From: an uncultured Salinicola sp.
GTDB taxonomy: Bacteria > Pseudomonadota > Gammaproteobacteria > Pseudomonadales > Halomonadaceae
Direction of reading: 5' to 3'
DNA length: 64,000 nucleotides
Assembly (NCBI GenBank): GCA_913044205.1
Contig: CAJWNC010000010.1
Location: forward strand, 1,768 to 65,767
Shown here one piece after another: positions 36,539 through 46,358 of this stretch. The stretch's first letter is position 1. The number at the start of each line of letters is the position of its first letter. The notes beneath the pieces are model-generated. The model had not been told where the DNA came from. It worked only from the letters and a program-made list of their open reading frames with translations, and did not search any database. Position numbers and translations under genes: made by a program.

Positions 36539-38380
36539 TCATCCATGGAGCGCCTGATGTATGGTAGCCGCCATCTGTTCGTTGATCCCCGGAACGCGGG
36601 AAAGATCGTCCCGGGTTGCCTTGCGCACGCCCTGCAGGCCGCCGAAGAAGCGTAACAGCTCCCGGCGACGTTTCGGTCCGATCCCGGGAATATCTTGCAG
36701 CGAAGAGGTGCGGCGCTGCTTGTCGCGACGCTGGCGGTGACCGGTGATGGCGAAGCGGTGGGCCTCGTCGCGTATATGCTGGATCAGGTGCAGCGCCGGT
36801 GAGCTGGTGTCCAGATTGAGGGTGCGGTCCACCGTTTCGATGAACAGGGTCTCCAGGCCAGCCTTTCGGGTAGTCCCCTTGGCGACGCCGATCAGGGCGA
36901 CATCGACGACTTCCAGTTCGACCAGAACCTCCCGGGCCATGTTCAACTGGCCCTTGCCTCCATCGACGATCAGGATGTCCGGCAGCTTGCCTTCGCCTTT
37001 CTGCAGGCGCTTGAAGCGTCGGGTCAGGGCCTGGCGCATCGCCGCGTAGTCGTCACCCGCTGCCACCCCCTCGATATTGAAGCGACGGTAGTCGGATTTG
37101 GCCGGGCCATTCTGATCGAATACGACGCAGGAGGCCACGGTCGCCTCGCCGTGGCTGTGGCTGATATCGAAGCACTCGAGCCTGGCGGGTGAGATCGGCA
37201 TGTCCAGAGCCTGGCGCAGCGACTCGAAACGCTTGCCCAACTGGCTGCGGTTGGCGAGTTGGGTCGCCAGGTGCTGCTCGGCATTGGTGATGGCCAGTCG
37301 GCGCCACTGGGCGCGGTGACCCCGCACCTGAGACGCGACGCGAATGCGTCGGCCGGCATGTTCGCTCAATGCCGATTGCAGCAACTCGCTATCCGTCAGC
37401 GGGTGCGAGGCGATGATTTCGAGCGGGATCTCCTTGGACTGACCGAGGTAGAACTGGCTGACGAACTCGCTGAGCAGCTCCTCGGCGCCAAGATCCAGGC
37501 CGTTGTCGGGTTGATGATGGCGCGCACCCATCATGCGGCCCTGGCGAATCGACAGTACGCTGATGCAGAGTCCGCCGGGCTGCTCGGCCAGGGCAAAGAT
37601 GTCGGCATCGCCATCGGCGTTGTCGACGAACTGCTTCTCCTGCAATCGCCTCAATTGCTGGATCTGGTCGCGCAAGCGGGCCGCTTCCTCGAAGTCGAGC
37701 GCATCGCTGGCGCGCTCCATGCTGGCGGTGAGCTGCTGGGTCACCTGCTCGCTGCGCCCCTCGAGGCACATCACGGCGTGCTCGATGTCCTGGCGGTAGT
37801 CGGCTTCACTGATGTAGTCGACACAGGGCGCGCTGCAGCGTTTGATCTGGTACTGCAGGCAGGGCCGGTGCCGATGCGCGAACACGCTGTCTTCACAGTT
37901 GCGGATGCGAAATATCTTCTGCATCAGCGAAAGGCTCTCCCGAACCGCGGTCGAGCTCGGGTAGGGGCCGAGGTAGCGGCCGTCGCGCCGCTTCTGGCGA
38001 ACGCGCTTGAACTCGAGGGCGGGGTAGGGATGTCGATCGGTGACGAAGACGTAGGGGTAGGACTTGTCGTCGCGCAGCAGGATGTTGTAGGGCGGCCGCA
38101 GCTCCTTGATCAAGGTCTGCTCCAGCAGCAGGGCCTCGGTCTCGCTGCGTGTGACCGTGATCTGGATGTCCTGGATGCGCGCCACCAGCGCCTGGGTCTT
38201 GGCGTTCAAGGCGCCTCTGAAGTAGCTGGCAAGTCGCGGTTTCAGACGTTTGGCCTTGCCGACGTAAAGGACGTTGGCCTGCTCGTCGAGCATGCGATAG
38301 ACGCCGGGCGATTCTGAGACCGACTTCAGGAAGTGCTTGGCATCGAAGCGCAATGGGGTATCGATCGAGGATTCACTCAT
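36539..38380 (-). CDS. uvrC: Excinuclease ABC subunit C
   Basis: GIY-YIG N-terminus PGVYRMLDEQANVLYVGKAKRLK, UVR domain, C-terminal (HhH)2 IPGIGPKRRRELL. Confidence 0.95.
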   Translation of the reverse strand: MSESSIDTPLRFDAKHFLKSVSESPGVYRMLDEQANVLYVGKAKRLKPRLASYFRGALNAKTQALVARIQDIQITVTRSETEALLLEQTLIKELRPPYNILLRDDKSYPYVFVTDRHPYPALEFKRVRQKRRDGRYLGPYPSSTAVRESLSLMQKIFRIRNCEDSVFAHRHRPCLQYQIKRCSAPCVDYISEADYRQDIEHAVMCLEGRSEQVTQQLTASMERASDALDFEEAARLRDQIQQLRRLQEKQFVDNADGDADIFALAEQPGGLCISVLSIRQGRMMGARHHQPDNGLDLGAEELLSEFVSQFYLGQSKEIPLEIIASHPLTDSELLQSALSEHAGRRIRVASQVRGHRAQWRRLAITNAEQHLATQLANRSQLGKRFESLRQALDMPISPARLECFDISHSHGEATVASCVVFDQNGPAKSDYRRFNIEGVAAGDDYAAMRQALTRRFKRLQKGEGKLPDILIVDGGKGQLNMAREVLVELEVVDVALIGVAKGTTRKAGLETLFIETVDRTLNLDTSSPALHLIQHIRDEAHRFAITGHRQRRDKQRRTSSLQDIPGIGPKRRRELLRFFGGLQGVRKATRDDLSRVPGINEQMAATIHQALHG

Positions 38381-38449
38381 GCCCCGAGTATATCAAAGTC
38401 CCGTACGAGCACGGTGGGCTCCCTGCATTTCCATTGCGTTCGACTGTCG

Positions 38450-39097
38450 TCACGATCGGGGCTCGAATTCGTCCAGCAGCCCGTGCCGCAGGCCAAGATG
38501 GGTCAGCTCCACGTCGGACTGCACTTTCAGCTTGTCGAAGATTCGGTAGCGGTAGGTATTCACGGTCTTGGGGCTCAGGCAGAGCTGCTCGGAGATGCGA
38601 CTGACCTTGTGACAGTGAATGATCATCGTCGCGATCTGCAGCTCGCGATGCGAAAGCTGGTCGAACGGACTCTGGCGACCCTCGCTGCGGGCCAACACCA
38701 CGCGTTGGGCGATGTCCGGGCTGATGAAGCGCTCGCCTTCCGCGACCCGACGCACGGCCTCGATCATCAGATCCAGTTCAGTGCCCTTGCTGATGAAGCC
38801 GGTCACGCCGGAATCGATCAGACGCTGTGCCGTGCTCTCCTCGACCTGTCCCGTCAGCACGATGATCCGCGTATCGGGCTGAGTCTTGAGGAGTTTCAGA
38901 ATGGTTTCCAGACCGCCGATTCCCGGCATGCGTATGTCGATCATCGCAATATCCGGCAGGTGTTCCCGGCAGCTCTGTAACGCACTCTCTCCACTGTCGG
39001 CTTCGGCGACGACCTCGATATCGGGTTCGCTGTCCAAGACGCGCGCGATACTCGTGCGCACCAAGTGATGATCGTCGGCTACTAATACCCTGATCAA
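38450..39097 (-). CDS. uvrY: Two-component response regulator UvrY/GacA (NarL/FixJ family)
   Basis: Receiver domain MIRVLVADDHHLVR...DIAMIDIRMPG plus LuxR-type HTH LSHRELQI...SPKTVNTYRYRIF; located upstream of uvrC as in enterics and pseudomonads. Confidence 0.92.
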   Translation of the reverse strand: MIRVLVADDHHLVRTSIARVLDSEPDIEVVAEADSGESALQSCREHLPDIAMIDIRMPGIGGLETILKLLKTQPDTRIIVLTGQVEESTAQRLIDSGVTGFISKGTELDLMIEAVRRVAEGERFISPDIAQRVVLARSEGRQSPFDQLSHRELQIATMIIHCHKVSRISEQLCLSPKTVNTYRYRIFDKLKVQSDVELTHLGLRHGLLDEFEPRS

Positions 39098-39436
39098 GAT
39101 GACTCCTGGATTCCCGCTGCCCCTGAAGACCCTGCCGTTGGTTGCCGTACCAGCAACCGGCGGGCCTTGTTTATGATTGGTCGTGCGCTGTCGTTCAGCG
39201 ATCCGGCGAAAGCTCGCGCATCGCCAACAGCGTCATCATTGGAACTTGCAAGTTTAAGTATGGAAGTTCCATCTCCGCTCTGTTAATTCATCTCCGTTCT
39301 GTTAAGTAGTGTGACACGTTCTCGGACCAAATACTCCATGTTTGGCGGGGAATTTGCGACCCGCAAAGCGCGGCGATGCGAGGCTTCGAGGTCGATGGTC
39401 GTGACCTCGATGTCGGCGAGTCCGGGCAAGCGGGGC

Positions 39437-39465
39437 TTGACCTGGGGGAAGGGGGCTTTTATAGT
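39437..39465 (+). promoter_or_regulatory. Sigma-70 promoter for tRNA-Ala
   Basis: TTGACC, 17-nt spacer, TATAGT, then the GC-rich discriminator GCGTCGCG; about 30 nt upstream of the mature tRNA 5-prime end. Confidence 0.6.
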
Positions 39466-39496
39466 GCGTCGCGTCCATCAGGGCAGCGCGTTTTTT

Positions 39497-39572
39497 GGGG
39501 CCTTAGCTCAGCTGGGAGAGCGCAACACTGGCAGTGTTGAGGTCAGCGGTTCGATCCCGCTAGGCTCCACCA
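39497..39572 (+). tRNA. tRNA-Ala (anticodon GGC)
   Basis: GGGGCCTTAGCTCAGCTGGGAGAGCG-CAACA-CTGGCAG-TGTTG-AGGTCAGCGGTTCGATCCCGCTAGGCTCCACCA; includes the G3:U70 identity pair. Confidence 0.93.
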
Positions 39573-39852
39573 GATCTTCATGAACAAGCCGTTTGTCACG
39601 CTCCGTGCAAGCGGCTTTTTCATGCCTGAAATTCCAGCAGCCTCGCCCGGTTTCCGGGCAGCCGCCCGCCTTCACCGACCATCGGGTTGCGACCGCCGTC
39701 GTCGCCATTCGGTGAACGGGTTCGGGAATGAATTGGCCCGCTTGAAGATGGATCTTCACCCATTCGATCCGCCGTGCCTCTCGCACAATAGGAGCGGTCG
39801 CAGCGCAGTGCCGGCGACCGTTTCCCATTGGCCTTGGGGTTCCGAGGGGCGT

Positions 39853-40209
39853 ATGCCAGAGTTCATTTTCGACGTCGTCATCAGGCCGGCAGTGCCGCCG
39901 CGGCAGCGCTGGGAGGCACTGGTGCCTGCCTTGCCCGGTCTGGTGGCGGAGGCGTCTTCCGACATGGAAGCCTTCGAAGGACTCCAGACATTGATCGTTC
40001 CTTTTCTGGCCGAGCGGCTCGCGCGGGGCGAGGGCGTACCAAGGCAGTCCCGAGCCGGCCACTACATGGATCGCTACGGCCTGGTCTTCTGGCAGTTCCT
40101 GCGGGTCAGGCTTGGTCCCCGGCGGGCCGACCAACGGGTAGTCGAACCCATCTTCCCCGACATCGACGACTTGTTGACGGATCTCGAGGGAGGGGGCCGC
40201 GAGGAGTAG
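39853..40209 (+). CDS. Hypothetical protein, HicB/DUF1902-like antitoxin fold (tentative)
   Basis: MPEFIFDVVIRP...WEALVPALPGLVAEASSDMEAFEGLQTLIVPFL resembles the HicB N-terminal pattern (..A.VP.LPG....G.t.eEa); no HicA partner seen; the upstream part of the tracked ORF (39580-39852) looks non-coding. Confidence 0.35.
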   Translation: MPEFIFDVVIRPAVPPRQRWEALVPALPGLVAEASSDMEAFEGLQTLIVPFLAERLARGEGVPRQSRAGHYMDRYGLVFWQFLRVRLGPRRADQRVVEPIFPDIDDLLTDLEGGGREE

Positions 40210-40329
40210 TCATGTCTCCGGGCGCGAACCACGCCTCCGGATGACGCGGGAGAGGTGGCGGCGCCCCCGGCCGCGACGCCCGTCTGGCGGCGTTGACAGT
40301 GATCGGCGCTCCACGGCACTATACCGCTC

Positions 40330-40380
40330 ATGAACATGATTCCGACGCTCAGACCGAACCAGTGGTGGTGGCGCCTTTGA
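40330..40380 (+). CDS. trp leader peptide (MNMIPTLRPNQWWWRL)
   Basis: 16-codon ORF with three consecutive TGG codons at 40363-40371; immediately followed by alternative hairpins and a terminator upstream of trpG; no clear SD. Confidence 0.6.
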   Translation: MNMIPTLRPNQWWWRL

Positions 40381-40411
40381 TCCAAGGGCGGCATGCCGAC
40401 GTCTGTAGAAA

Positions 40412-40437
40412 ATGCCGTCCCTCGGGGCGGCATTTTT
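40412..40437 (+). terminator. trp attenuator terminator (3:4 hairpin plus U-tract)
   Basis: ATGCCGTCCC-TC-GGGGCGGCAT stem followed by TTTTT. Upstream segment AGGGCGGCAT (40384-40393) is near-identical to the 3-prime arm, so it can pair with 40412-40421 as an antiterminator. Confidence 0.65.
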
Positions 40438-40555
40438 CGTTTGTCTGCTGCGCTTCGTGGGGTTTGGCATAGGTGGAATGATCGACTTGGGTAATCACCT
40501 GGGTAAGCAATCACGGCCTTTACTCGATCTAGTATGAATATCAGGAGCTTGCACC

Positions 40556-41143
40556 ATGTCAGTCCTCATGATCGACAATTACGACAGCTTTACCTTCAAC
40601 ATCGTCCAGTACCTGGGGGAGTTGGGGGCGGATGTGGTGACCGTGCGCAACGACGAGACGGACATCGCCGGTCTCGAGCAGCACGAACCGACCCATCTGG
40701 TGGTGTCGCCTGGCCCGTGCACGCCCAATGAAGCCGGGATAGCGATGGAGGCGATCCGCCACTTTGCCGGCAGGATTCCGATACTGGGGGTCTGTCTGGG
40801 GCACCAGGCCATCGGCCAGGTCTACGGGGGCGATGTGGTGCGTGCGCCGCAGGTGATGCATGGCAAGACGTCCCGCATTCGTCACCGCGGCGAAGGCGTT
40901 TTCGCCGGCCTCGAGGACCCCCTCGAGGTGACCCGTTATCATTCGCTGGTGGTGGATGCCGGGACCTTGCCCGACTGCCTCGAAGTCACGGCCTGGGTCG
41001 GCGACGACGATCCGACGCCGGGACTGATCATGGGCCTGAAACACAAGACGCTGGATATCGAAGGGGTACAGTTTCACCCTGAATCGATTCTGTCTCGCCA
41101 AGGTCACGAGCTGCTGGCGAATTTCCTCAAACGGCGCGGCTAA
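40556..41143 (+). CDS. trpG: Anthranilate synthase component II (glutamine amidotransferase)
   Basis: [28 protein letters not shown] triad motifs; AGGAG SD. Confidence 0.92.
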   Translation: MSVLMIDNYDSFTFNIVQYLGELGADVVTVRNDETDIAGLEQHEPTHLVVSPGPCTPNEAGIAMEAIRHFAGRIPILGVCLGHQAIGQVYGGDVVRAPQVMHGKTSRIRHRGEGVFAGLEDPLEVTRYHSLVVDAGTLPDCLEVTAWVGDDDPTPGLIMGLKHKTLDIEGVQFHPESILSRQGHELLANFLKRRG

Positions 41144-41165
41144 CTGGAACAGGCGAGGAGCCAAC

Positions 41166-42185
41166 ATGCAAATGCGGGATGCCATTGGCGCGATCATGCG
41201 CCGCCAGGACCTCAGCTACGAGGATACCCACGCCGTCATGCAGGCGATCATGACGGGGGAGGCCACCGAAGCGCAGATCGGCGGTTTCCTGATCGGGCTG
41301 GCCATGAAAGGCGAGACCGCCGACGAGATCACGGCGGCAGCGCAGGTCATGCGCGAGCTGATGCAGCCGGTATCGATCGACTGCGACAACGTCGTCGATA
41401 TCGTCGGCACCGGCGGCGACGGCGCCAACCTTTTCAACGTCTCCACCGCATCGAGTTTCGTCGTCGCGGCTGCCGGCGGCCATGTCGCCAAGCACGGCAA
41501 CCGCGGCGTCTCGTCCTCAGCCGGCAGTGCGGATCTGTTCGACGTCGCGGGTATCTATCTCGATCTCGACGCCGCGACCATCGCGCGCTGTATCGAGCAG
41601 GTCGGCGTCGGCTTCATGTTCGCGCCGCGTCACCATCAGGCGATGCGTCACGCCATCGGCCCGCGCAGAGAGATGGGGGTGCGCACGGTCTTCAATATCC
41701 TCGGGCCGTTGACCAATCCGGCGGGCGCCCCCAACCAGCTGCTGGGTGTCTATGCGCCCCATCTCGTGCCGCTGGTGGCGGAATCGCTGCGCAAGCTGGG
41801 TAGCCGGCACGTACTGGTCGTGCATGCCGAGGACGGTCTGGACGAAATCTCGGTGGCGGCGCCGACGCGGGTGGCCGAACTCCGCGATGGCGAGATCCAC
41901 GACTACACGATCACCCCCGAGTCGCTGGGCATCGAGCGTCAATCGCTCGAACCGCTGAAGGTCGTTACCGCCGAGGACAGCCTCAAGCTGGTCAAGGAGG
42001 CGCTGGTGGGCAAGGGCGTGGCCGGCGATATCGTCGCGCTCAACGCGGGGGCGGCGCTGTTTGCCGCCGGTATCGCCGATTCGCTGAAAGAGGGCGTGTT
42101 GATGGCCCAGGACGCCCAGGCTTCCAAACTTCCGCTGGAAAAGCTCAAGGAGCTTTCCGATTTCACGCGTATCTTCGCCGAGTGA
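41166..42185 (+). CDS. trpD: Anthranilate phosphoribosyltransferase
   Basis: [18 protein letters not shown] and [16 protein letters not shown] motifs. Confidence 0.93.
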   Translation: MQMRDAIGAIMRRQDLSYEDTHAVMQAIMTGEATEAQIGGFLIGLAMKGETADEITAAAQVMRELMQPVSIDCDNVVDIVGTGGDGANLFNVSTASSFVVAAAGGHVAKHGNRGVSSSAGSADLFDVAGIYLDLDAATIARCIEQVGVGFMFAPRHHQAMRHAIGPRREMGVRTVFNILGPLTNPAGAPNQLLGVYAPHLVPLVAESLRKLGSRHVLVVHAEDGLDEISVAAPTRVAELRDGEIHDYTITPESLGIERQSLEPLKVVTAEDSLKLVKEALVGKGVAGDIVALNAGAALFAAGIADSLKEGVLMAQDAQASKLPLEKLKELSDFTRIFAE

Positions 42186-42219
42186 GTTCTCGCCGAACAA
42201 GCCCAACAGGAACCGCTAC

Positions 42220-43032
42220 ATGACCGATGTCGCCGATAGTGAACTGCCGACCATCCTGGCCAAGATACTGACGCGCAAGCGCGAGGAGATTGCCGAGCGT
42301 CGCCCTGTCGTCAGCGAGCAGGCGTGGCTCGAGCGGGCGAAGTCCCAGGCCGCGCCCAGAGGTTTCGTGGCCGCGCTCGACGCCTGTATCGAGGGCGGCG
42401 ACCCCGCCGTCATCGCCGAGATCAAGAAGGCCTCCCCCTCCAAGGGCGTCATCCGTGAAGACTTTCGACCCGCGGAGATCGCGGCCGACTACGCGGCGGC
42501 GGGCGCGAGCTGTCTTTCCGTGCTGACGGACGCCGACTATTTTCAGGGCCACGAGGATGACTTGATTGCCGCGCGCGGTGCCTGCGAGCTGCCGGTGATC
42601 CGCAAGGATTTCATCATCGACGGCTATCAGATCGCCGAAGCCCGGGGAATCGGTGCCGACTGCATCCTGCTGATCGTGGCGGCGCTGAGCGATGCGCAGC
42701 TCAAGGATCTCCACCAGCAGGCAACGGCCCTGGGCATGGACGTGCTGGTGGAGGTACACGACATCTTCGAGCTCGAGCGGGCCCTGATGCTGGATCTACC
42801 GCTGGTGGGCATCAACAACCGCGACCTGCGCACGTTCGAGACCTCGCTGAATACCACCTTCGAACTGCTGAAGCGGATCCCCCAGGGCATCACGGTCGTC
42901 ACCGAGTCCGGCATCCACAGTCGTGACGATGTCGAGCGGATGCGGGAGTTCGACGTCAACGCCTTCCTGGTGGGCGAGGCGTTCATGCGCGAGGAAGAGC
43001 CCGGTAGCGCGCTGCGTCGGATGTTTTTCTAG
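42220..43032 (+). CDS. trpC: Indole-3-glycerol phosphate synthase
   Basis: [33 protein letters not shown] motifs. Confidence 0.93.
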   Translation: MTDVADSELPTILAKILTRKREEIAERRPVVSEQAWLERAKSQAAPRGFVAALDACIEGGDPAVIAEIKKASPSKGVIREDFRPAEIAADYAAAGASCLSVLTDADYFQGHEDDLIAARGACELPVIRKDFIIDGYQIAEARGIGADCILLIVAALSDAQLKDLHQQATALGMDVLVEVHDIFELERALMLDLPLVGINNRDLRTFETSLNTTFELLKRIPQGITVVTESGIHSRDDVERMREFDVNAFLVGEAFMREEEPGSALRRMFF

Positions 43033-43143
43033 CCGCAGGCGGCGACATCGCCGGCGTTCGAGCGCCGCTCTCCATGAAAGGGGGCGGCGCTTCACGTTGG
43101 CGGGGAGAAAGGGCCGCTTCCAGGCATCGCCGGGCTGGGGCGG

Positions 43144-44943
43144 TCAGAATTCGGGCGAGTCGGGGAAGATCAGGCTGATCAGCGTGTCGCCGGCTTTGGG
43201 GTTGAGCGGCCTGGCCGAGGTGGCGATGCGGATGCGGCCGCTGGCGGAGAGCGTGAACAGCGTCAGCAGTCGGTCCTGATGGATGCGGCGGTAATCCTCG
43301 ATGTCGAAGTTGTCGCTGATCCTGGCGTGGCGCATCACCGCGCCCTGGCCGATCAGGCTGGAGAGGCGGGTGAAGGTGGTGTGACCGTCGAACAGCAGCG
43401 GCAGGTGGGCCAGCGCCTGTTGATGGTGGCGACGGGCGTTGCGGGAGGATTCCACCGCCAGTCGAAAGACCTTGCCGTGACCGAGAATGTGTTCGAAGTG
43501 CAGCGCGGCGAGATTGTTGAGCTCGCGGTAGGGCGACAGCGGCAGCAGATGGCCGATGCCCGTCAGCCCCAGATGCTGGGCGGCATGCTCCGACAGCGGG
43601 TTGCCGTAGTAGATCGGGAGGCTGGCCATCCGCGCCTCCTGGATCGCATCCCAGTTGTGATCGCACAGTCGCACCGCGAAGCCGGCTTCCTGCAGGGCGC
43701 TACCGAAGGCCCGTGCCACCGGGTTGGCGCCGATGATCAGAAAGCCCGACGCCGTCGGCGCGTCCACCTTCAGAAACCGGGCCAGCGGACGCGAGAACAG
43801 GCTCTGTACCACGACGGTGCTGATGATCACCAGGAAGGTGATCGGGACCAGCAGCTCCGCACCCGGCACCTCCAGCGCCTCGAGCCGGATCGCGAACAGC
43901 GAGGCCACCGCCGCGGCGACGATACCGCGGGGAGAGAGCCAGGCCAGCAGCGCCTTCTCCCGCCAGTTGAGCGAACTGCCCCAGGTACAGACCCACACCG
44001 CCAGCGGTCGCGCCACCCACACCAGGACCGCCAGGAACGCCCACGCCTCCCACGACAGCAGCCCCAGCTGCTCGAGACTCAAGCGCGCCGCCAGCAGAAT
44101 GAACAGCCCCGAAATCAGCAGGATCGACAGCGTCTCCTTGAACTCCAGAATCGGCTGGGTCGGCACGCCCCGCATGTTGGCCATCCACACCCCCATGACG
44201 GTGACGGTCAGCAGGCCGGACTCGTGGAACAGCAGGTTCGAGGCGGTGAACAGCGTCAGCATGATCATCAGGGTGCCGAAGCTGTGCAGGCGTTGCGGCA
44301 GCCAGTAGTGACGCAGCACGCTGCCCCACAGATAGCCGCCCGCCGTCCCCAGGCCGAAGCCGATCACCGCAGTCTGGGCAAAGCTCACTAACGTATGGGC
44401 CGCTGCGCCGTTGGAGAGTCCCAGGGCGACGAACTCATAGACGAGGACCGCGCCGATGGCGCCGATCGGATCGATCAGGATGCCTTCCCAGCGCAGGATC
44501 TGGCTGACGTGCTCGCGGGCCCGCAGCGACTGCAGCAGCGGCAGGACCACCGTCGGTCCGGTCACGACCAGCAGCGCGCCCAGCACGCTGGCCATCTCCC
44601 AGGAGAGCCCGAGGATCAGGTGCGCGGCCACGATGGCCAGCAGCGCGGTGATCAATGCGCCCCAGGTCACCAGTCGGCTGACGGTGCGGCCGTGACCCCG
44701 CAGCTCCCGGAAATCGAGGGTCAAGGCGCCCTCGAACAGGATCACCGCGACCGCCAGGGAGACCAGCGGGAACAGCAGATCGCCGAGCACCGCATCCGGA
44801 TCGAGCACCCCGGTGATCGGCCCGGCGGCGATACCGGCGATCAGCAGCGGCAGGATGGCCGGCACCCGGATCTGCCAGGCGAGCCATTGGCAGCCCAGCG
44901 CCAGCAGGCCGATGCCGGTCAGGGCAAGGGCGGCGTTTTCCAT
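43144..44943 (-). CDS. Cation:proton (Na+/H+) antiporter, CPA1-type with C-terminal soluble domain
   Basis: Start at MENAALALTGIGLLALG (ATG 44943); about 12 TM segments then a cytoplasmic tail. The tracked ORF has a 109-aa Arg/Pro-rich extension judged non-coding. Confidence 0.8.
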   Translation of the reverse strand: MENAALALTGIGLLALGCQWLAWQIRVPAILPLLIAGIAAGPITGVLDPDAVLGDLLFPLVSLAVAVILFEGALTLDFRELRGHGRTVSRLVTWGALITALLAIVAAHLILGLSWEMASVLGALLVVTGPTVVLPLLQSLRAREHVSQILRWEGILIDPIGAIGAVLVYEFVALGLSNGAAAHTLVSFAQTAVIGFGLGTAGGYLWGSVLRHYWLPQRLHSFGTLMIMLTLFTASNLLFHESGLLTVTVMGVWMANMRGVPTQPILEFKETLSILLISGLFILLAARLSLEQLGLLSWEAWAFLAVLVWVARPLAVWVCTWGSSLNWREKALLAWLSPRGIVAAAVASLFAIRLEALEVPGAELLVPITFLVIISTVVVQSLFSRPLARFLKVDAPTASGFLIIGANPVARAFGSALQEAGFAVRLCDHNWDAIQEARMASLPIYYGNPLSEHAAQHLGLTGIGHLLPLSPYRELNNLAALHFEHILGHGKVFRLAVESSRNARRHHQQALAHLPLLFDGHTTFTRLSSLIGQGAVMRHARISDNFDIEDYRRIHQDRLLTLFTLSASGRIRIATSARPLNPKAGDTLISLIFPDSPEF

Positions 44944-45029
44944 GCGGTCTCTCCGGTGCGTGGCAAAAGGCGCGCAGACTAGCGGCGGCACCGCATGGAT
45001 GCAATGCCGAATCGTGAGGCGGACAGATT

Positions 45030-45473
45030 TCAGGGTGTGGCGAGTTGTCGCCGAGTCCAGGCGACGATGTCCGACTGCCCCATGGCGCCGGCCTGGCGCG
45101 CGATCTCGCGGCCGCCGCGGAACAGGATCAGCGTCGGAATGCTGCGGATGCCGAAGCGCGACGCGATATCGGTGGCCGCTTCGGTATCCAGCTTGGCCAG
45201 GCGGAGGTGGGGTTCGAGCTCGCCCGCGGCCTTGGCGAATCCCGGCGCCATCGCCTTGCAGGGGCCGCACCAGTCGGCCCAGAAATCGACCAGCAGCGGA
45301 AGATCGCTGCGCGTCAGGTGACGGTCGAAGTTGGCGGAGTCCAGTGCCAGCGGTTCGCCGGTGAACAGCAGGTTGTGACAGCGACCGCAGTTCGGGGCAT
45401 CCCCCAGGCGCGTACTGGCAACCCGGTTGACCGCGTGGCAGTGGGGGCAGACGAGGTGAAGCGTGTCGGACAT
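45030..45473 (-). CDS. trxC: Thioredoxin 2 (zinc-finger thioredoxin)
   Basis: N-terminal CPHC...CGRC zinc finger and WCGPC active site, parallel to E. coli TrxC. Confidence 0.9.
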   Translation of the reverse strand: MSDTLHLVCPHCHAVNRVASTRLGDAPNCGRCHNLLFTGEPLALDSANFDRHLTRSDLPLLVDFWADWCGPCKAMAPGFAKAAGELEPHLRLAKLDTEAATDIASRFGIRSIPTLILFRGGREIARQAGAMGQSDIVAWTRRQLATP

Positions 45474-45606
45474 GAGACGGGCTCCTGGTAAAGGATTGCC
45501 GCCGAGCATAGATGAATCAGAGCGCAGTTGCTCGAATGACAGACGGCCGTTGAGTCACGCGGTTTTGGGGACCGCTCCAGATGTGTCGCGTTCGCGTGTC
45601 GCGACT

Positions 45607-46230
45607 TCAGCGCAGCGTGATCAGTCGGCCGCCGTAACCCATGAACACGGCGCCGGCGCAACATTCGATCCAGTGTCGCGTGCGCCGATACAGGACGCGC
45701 AGTCGCGGCGTGGTGGAGACAAGTGCGATCAGGCTGTACCAGCCCACGGAGACCGCCAGCATTGCGGCGATGCAGACGACGCCCATCCACATCGGTGCAT
45801 GGGCCGGCAGCGTCGAGGCGAACAGGCTGCTAACGAACAGCGCCGTCTTCGGATTCGAGGCACCGGTGAGCAAGCCCCGACGATAGATCTGACCACCGGA
45901 GAGCCCGGGAGGCGTGTGGACCGCCTCGTCGCCTGCGCCGCGGAAGCTGTGCAGAATCAGTCGTCCGCCGAGAAACAGTAGATAGACACCGCCGACCAGT
46001 TTGAGCGTGAGGTAGAGCCACGGCGCCAGCGCAAACAGCAGTGCAATGCCGAAGTAGCCAAACAGCCCCCAGGCGAATGTGCCCGTGGCGAGCCCGGCGA
46101 CGGCAGTCATCGCCGCCCGGCGCCCGTGTACGATCCCCGTCTGCAGCGTCAGGAAGAAGTTAGGTCCCGGGGTGACGGCAGCTACCGTCCAGATGGCGAT
46201 GAAATTGACCAGAATCCAGCTGCTCGACAT
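45607..46230 (-). CDS. LysE/RhtB family amino-acid exporter
   Basis: 207 aa, six hydrophobic segments, N-terminal ...VTPGPNFF.. motif. Confidence 0.85.
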   Translation of the reverse strand: MSSSWILVNFIAIWTVAAVTPGPNFFLTLQTGIVHGRRAAMTAVAGLATGTFAWGLFGYFGIALLFALAPWLYLTLKLVGGVYLLFLGGRLILHSFRGAGDEAVHTPPGLSGGQIYRRGLLTGASNPKTALFVSSLFASTLPAHAPMWMGVVCIAAMLAVSVGWYSLIALVSTTPRLRVLYRRTRHWIECCAGAVFMGYGGRLITLR

Positions 46231-46358
46231 GAAGGGCGCTCCTATCTACAACGTGAGGCGACAGGCCAGAACGTAAAGCGACAGGCCATGAGTCGGCAAA
46301 GTATGGCACGAGATCGACGGTTGCTGACGTTCGCCGGTGGTCTAGCCCTATCTCATCG

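Noticed and set aside
39311-39583. 90-aa ORF covering the tRNA-Ala promoter and gene
   Set aside because: The region is fully explained by a near-consensus sigma-70 promoter and a canonical tRNA-Ala, and the ORF has no SD.
43060-43095. Hairpin between the convergent trpC and antiporter genes as a terminator
   Set aside because: It has an 8-bp stem with a 15-nt loop and no U-tract, which is too weak to call.
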